Shown piece after piece: positions 32,738 to 35,260 of a DNA stretch of 35,260 nt (position 1 is the stretch's first letter; each line of letters begins with the position of its first letter). This DNA comes from Deltaproteobacteria bacterium. Lineage in GTDB: Bacteria; Bdellovibrionota_B; Oligoflexia; Oligoflexales; Bog-1112. The stretch is from assembly GCA_003136475.1 (NCBI GenBank), contig PLEQ01000307.1, positions 1-35,260 of the forward strand. The letters are read 5' to 3'. Under the pieces are notes generated by a model. It was given only the letters and a program-made list of their open reading frames with translations, searched no databases and had not been told where the DNA came from. The position numbers and the translations under genes were made by a program.

Positions 32738-33002
32738 TTTCAGTACCTTCACGCTTTCCACAGTTACAGTCGGAACAATAATTTTGTTGTGGTTTTTCTC
32801 GAACTATAGTAAAAGCTACTTCGTCATTTCCTCTAAGTCCAATTACTACGACCTTATTTTGGTCAAAAGTTTCCCGCATAAGATTAGCGAAAGGTGTCAA
32901 ACTATCTAAACTATTTTTATCGGATTTTACCGTAACCACTAAAGTATCTTGTTCGGTTAAAGCAAGTTTGGCCACATCTACTTGATTCAATGTAATTTCC
33001 AT
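32724..33002 (-). CDS. Hypothetical protein
   Basis: TAATG junction upstream. Confidence 0.5.
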   Translation of the reverse strand: MEITLNQVDVAKLALTEQDTLVVTVKSDKNSLDSLTPFANLMRETFDQNKVVVIGLRGNDEVAFTIVREKPQQNYCSDCNCGKREGTENGLS

Positions 33003-33442
33003 TATTCTTTCGTTTTCTCGGTAACGATTACGTATTCCGTTTTAGGAGGATAGCCCGGTAAATCAAAATGAACCCTACTGTCTATACTAGTATAGTAGCT
33101 TTTGCCACCATCATCCGAAAATGCCTTACCTTCAATAGTGTAAGGTTTTTCTGATTTACCTTTATCAATAAAAACGTTAGACACCCGATTACTTTGAAAA
33201 GTATTAGGTGAAACTTCCATCCATTCAGATGGATCATTCGTTAGCGGACTTAGCGGTTCACCCTTTATTAATTTATAAAAAATAGAGGCGGTAAGTTGAG
33301 CTGAATAGCCAGAGTGTCCCTGTTTTTGAAACGTCAATAGGAGTTCTTTTATGGATTCTCCTATCATTCCGTTATAATCACTATCCTTATCAAAAAGGCC
33401 AGCCTTATTCAATTCCAAGATAGCTGTGTCAGTCGCGGTCAT
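33002..33442 (-). CDS. Hypothetical protein
   Basis: ATGA junction upstream. 146 aa. Confidence 0.55.
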   Translation of the reverse strand: MTATDTAILELNKAGLFDKDSDYNGMIGESIKELLLTFQKQGHSGYSAQLTASIFYKLIKGEPLSPLTNDPSEWMEVSPNTFQSNRVSNVFIDKGKSEKPYTIEGKAFSDDGGKSYYTSIDSRVHFDLPGYPPKTEYVIVTEKTKE

Positions 33443-33858
33443 TCTTCTGTCTCCTCATACTGAGCTGAAGTATCTGTAAAGTCGAACTTTACTAAATTCT
33501 TTAGTACCTTCTTCTCATTCAACCACATGATTAGGGCGTTTGCAAGGGCAATATGTTTAAAATCGTTCTCTTCTACTCTCTTATTCGAGATATATAGGTC
33601 TGCTCTCAAATGACCGTATTCATTTTTGGCTGAAGATATTAGATAAAACAGGTCCTTGGCAGAAATAAGAACTTCGGGCCTCGTCTGTGCACAACTGTCC
33701 AGCTTCGCCTTTACAGAATCGCAAACTTCATTAACAGCATCCCTAAAGCCGTTACTCACATCGGTTCGATCTACCCAAGAATCCTGTTCTTTGGCAAGTC
33801 CTTGTTTTAGGACTTCGAGTTCTTTTTCTGTAAGTTCTAGGAGAATCATTTGTTTCAA
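33439..33858 (-). CDS. Hypothetical protein (start either TTG 33858 or ATG 33849)
   Basis: The TTG at 33858 has GAGG 5 nt upstream. The ATG at 33849 sits 7 nt after a candidate -10. Confidence 0.5.
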   Translation of the reverse strand: MKQMILLELTEKELEVLKQGLAKEQDSWVDRTDVSNGFRDAVNEVCDSVKAKLDSCAQTRPEVLISAKDLFYLISSAKNEYGHLRADLYISNKRVEENDFKHIALANALIMWLNEKKVLKNLVKFDFTDTSAQYEETEE

Positions 33859-33885
33859 TATCCCTCAAAATTGATTGGAAGTCAA
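33857..33885 (-). promoter_or_regulatory. Sigma70-like promoter candidate
   Basis: TTGACT (33885-33880), 17 nt, GATATT (33862-33857), 7 nt, then ATG (33849). Confidence 0.3.
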
Positions 33886-33904
33886 GAAGTCTTTTTTAGA
33901 AAAT

Positions 33905-34387
33905 CTAAGCAGGATGCGCTAATTCCATATGTGAGCAAAATTCGTCCAATAGGTCCCTAAGCCATGCTACGTTGTAGGCCTTTCTGCTGTTATATTGAAA
34001 TTCGCCCCTAGTCCTATACTTAAGGGCCTCTTTAGCTAATTCTTCGTTTGTCCATAAATGTAAGTTGTTCTCCATATGGGAACAGATTTTGTTTAAAATG
34101 TCAATTTGTCGCGCTCTCTTATAGGCGCCAGACGATTTAAGTCTAAACTCTTTCTTGGTCTTATATTTCAAGGCTTCCGCTATAAGAAGGGCTTCCGTCC
34201 ATTTAAAATTAGGCGGTAATTTCCCTATAGAAGCGTTTTGAGGCATATGTATGCAAACCTCGCCTAAGATGCTCAATTTAATCGCTGCTCTATATGAAGA
34301 GCCATTAGATTTTTTGAACTCATTACGTGTCTTATATTTAAGAGCCTCTTTTTTTATTGCTTCTTTAGTCCACTTTATTCTTTTCAT
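33905..34387 (-). CDS. Protein built from three tandem 44-aa repeats
   Basis: (K/L)WT.E....EALKY(K/R)T..EF...S..AY..A.....L...C(I/S)HM occurs three times. Confidence 0.6.
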   Translation of the reverse strand: MKRIKWTKEAIKKEALKYKTRNEFKKSNGSSYRAAIKLSILGEVCIHMPQNASIGKLPPNFKWTEALLIAEALKYKTKKEFRLKSSGAYKRARQIDILNKICSHMENNLHLWTNEELAKEALKYRTRGEFQYNSRKAYNVAWLRDLLDEFCSHMELAHPA

Positions 34388-34395
34388 ACAATTTC

Positions 34396-35260
34396 CTACA
34401 ATACTCTACTATATGAACCATCTCTCACTACCGTTATTTTATTATTCGTAAATTCTTTAATGAGGGGATTGTGGTCTACTAGCAATATGGTCTTATTGAC
34501 ATTAATTTCTTTTAGCAGTGTTAATATTTGTTCAATATTTTCAGCGTCTAGTCCATTGAAGGGTTCGTCCATAACATAAAGATTGGTTCCGCTGCCTGTC
34601 CTTTCTTCGATTAATTGTAATATTGCGATATCTAAAGATAATCCAAGACTAGTTCCTTCTCCTCCAGAGAACGATTTTATTGGTATGTTAATGTCGCCAT
34701 CAGTGTCGACATATACTGTAACGCTTTCTTTTATTGTTCCCGAATTAGTTTCCCTAATTCCTTCAATACGAATGGTCCAAGTAGACGTGTTAGGTATTTT
34801 TCTTAAGATATTGGTTGCGGTCTGACTAATGCTATCTAGGGCATCCTCGAAACTACATGAAATATATGACTTAATAGCCTTCTTAGCAATTTGAGCCAAT
34901 TCGATCTCTTCTTGAACTAAAGCTAGTTCTGCTTCCTTGGACTTGAACTGTCCGGAATATCCGGATAGTTGCTCGTTGAGTTTATTTAGAGATTCTTCAA
35001 AGCGCTTTTTGTTCTCTTCAAACGATTCAAACTTATGTTTTGCGTGCTGATAACTAGCTAGGGCCTGGTTTTCTGCATCTTGGACAAATTTGATAGTATT
35101 TTCATGCTGTTTTCTAAGTTCGGTTTGCTTTAGGGCGTAATTGTCAACTATAAGTTGTTTTCTAGCATTTTCTTTAAACTGGTGATCTTTTTCAAGATTT
35201 CTCTCAACAAGGAGTTGATTATTTAGATCTCCGATTTTTTCAGAGATCTGCATAACTTCT
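34396..35260 (-). CDS. Rad50/SbcC-like (T4 gp46-like) ATPase, C-terminal part. The 5' end lies beyond the window.
   Basis: A coiled-coil is followed by the signature FSGGEGTSLG, Walker B LYVMDEPFNGLD and TILLVDHNP. The frame stays open to base 35260. Confidence 0.75.
   Translation of the reverse strand, partial: EVMQISEKIGDLNNQLLVERNLEKDHQFKENARKQLIVDNYALKQTELRKQHENTIKFVQDAENQALASYQHAKHKFESFEENKKRFEESLNKLNEQLSGYSGQFKSKEAELALVQEEIELAQIAKKAIKSYISCSFEDALDSISQTATNILRKIPNTSTWTIRIEGIRETNSGTIKESVTVYVDTDGDINIPIKSFSGGEGTSLGLSLDIAILQLIEERTGSGTNLYVMDEPFNGLDAENIEQILTLLKEINVNKTILLVDHNPLIKEFTNNKITVVRDGSYSRVL

Noticed and set aside
1239-34825. All other plus-strand track ORFs inside minus-strand genes, for example 1239-1463, 5917-6234, 15526-15918, 23627-23938, 29034-29453 and 34583-34825
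   Set aside because: They are antisense shadows of well-supported minus-strand genes. None has an SD-like site that I could see, and their sequences are rich in S, L, F and C as expected for AT-rich antisense frames.
1-35260. tRNA, rRNA, CRISPR array, integrase/attachment site and transposase
   Set aside because: I found no cloverleaf-compatible GTTCGAATC-type T-arms, no regularly spaced direct repeats and no recombinase or transposase motifs. Absence is judged by eye only, so tRNAscan-SE and a repeat finder should confirm it.

Overview
The window looks like one continuous block of a visibly AT-rich double-stranded DNA phage or prophage genome. Bases 1-832 hold the 3' end of a plus-strand structural module: a GC-rich, glycine-rich tail-fibre-like gene, a mini-ORF and an intrinsic terminator. 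From 885 to the right edge, about 65 genes are all on the minus strand and packed very tightly. Most junctions are ATGA, TAATG or GTGA stop/start overlaps.

Functions I can recognise:
- Replication: DnaE-type Pol III alpha, a separate DEDDh exonuclease, a DnaB/RecA-fold helicase, an AEP primase-like protein and RNase HI.
- Recombination and repair: a RecA-like recombinase, a gp32-like SSB, a RuvC-like resolvase and a partial Rad50/SbcC-like ATPase.
- Nucleotide metabolism: a GMP reductase-family enzyme, dCMP deaminase, a P-loop kinase and a PLP aminotransferase.
- Homing endonucleases: three HNH genes, two of them HNH-AP2.
- Accessory genes: a CYTH enzyme, a secreted S8 protease, a large metallophosphoesterase, two HExxHAK proteins and a Gre-C-terminal-like protein.

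I saw no rRNA, tRNA, CRISPR array, integrase or transposase.

The items most worth follow-up:
1. A six-gene coupled cassette bracketed by the two HNH-AP2 genes. It contains a CYTH enzyme abutting a small, possibly sponge-like protein.
2. Two GC-rich, ORF-free, hairpin-dense intergenic islands at 12370-12667 and 28679-28843.
3. Three short gaps with sigma70-like promoters placed 6-7 nt from the ATG, a geometry expected for leaderless mRNAs.
4. Several short genes missed by the 60-aa ORF track.

All functional calls come from motifs read by eye and need HMM or structure confirmation. The ORF track translates TTG and GTG starts as M, so I re-set several starts using stop/start coupling and Shine-Dalgarno (SD) positions.
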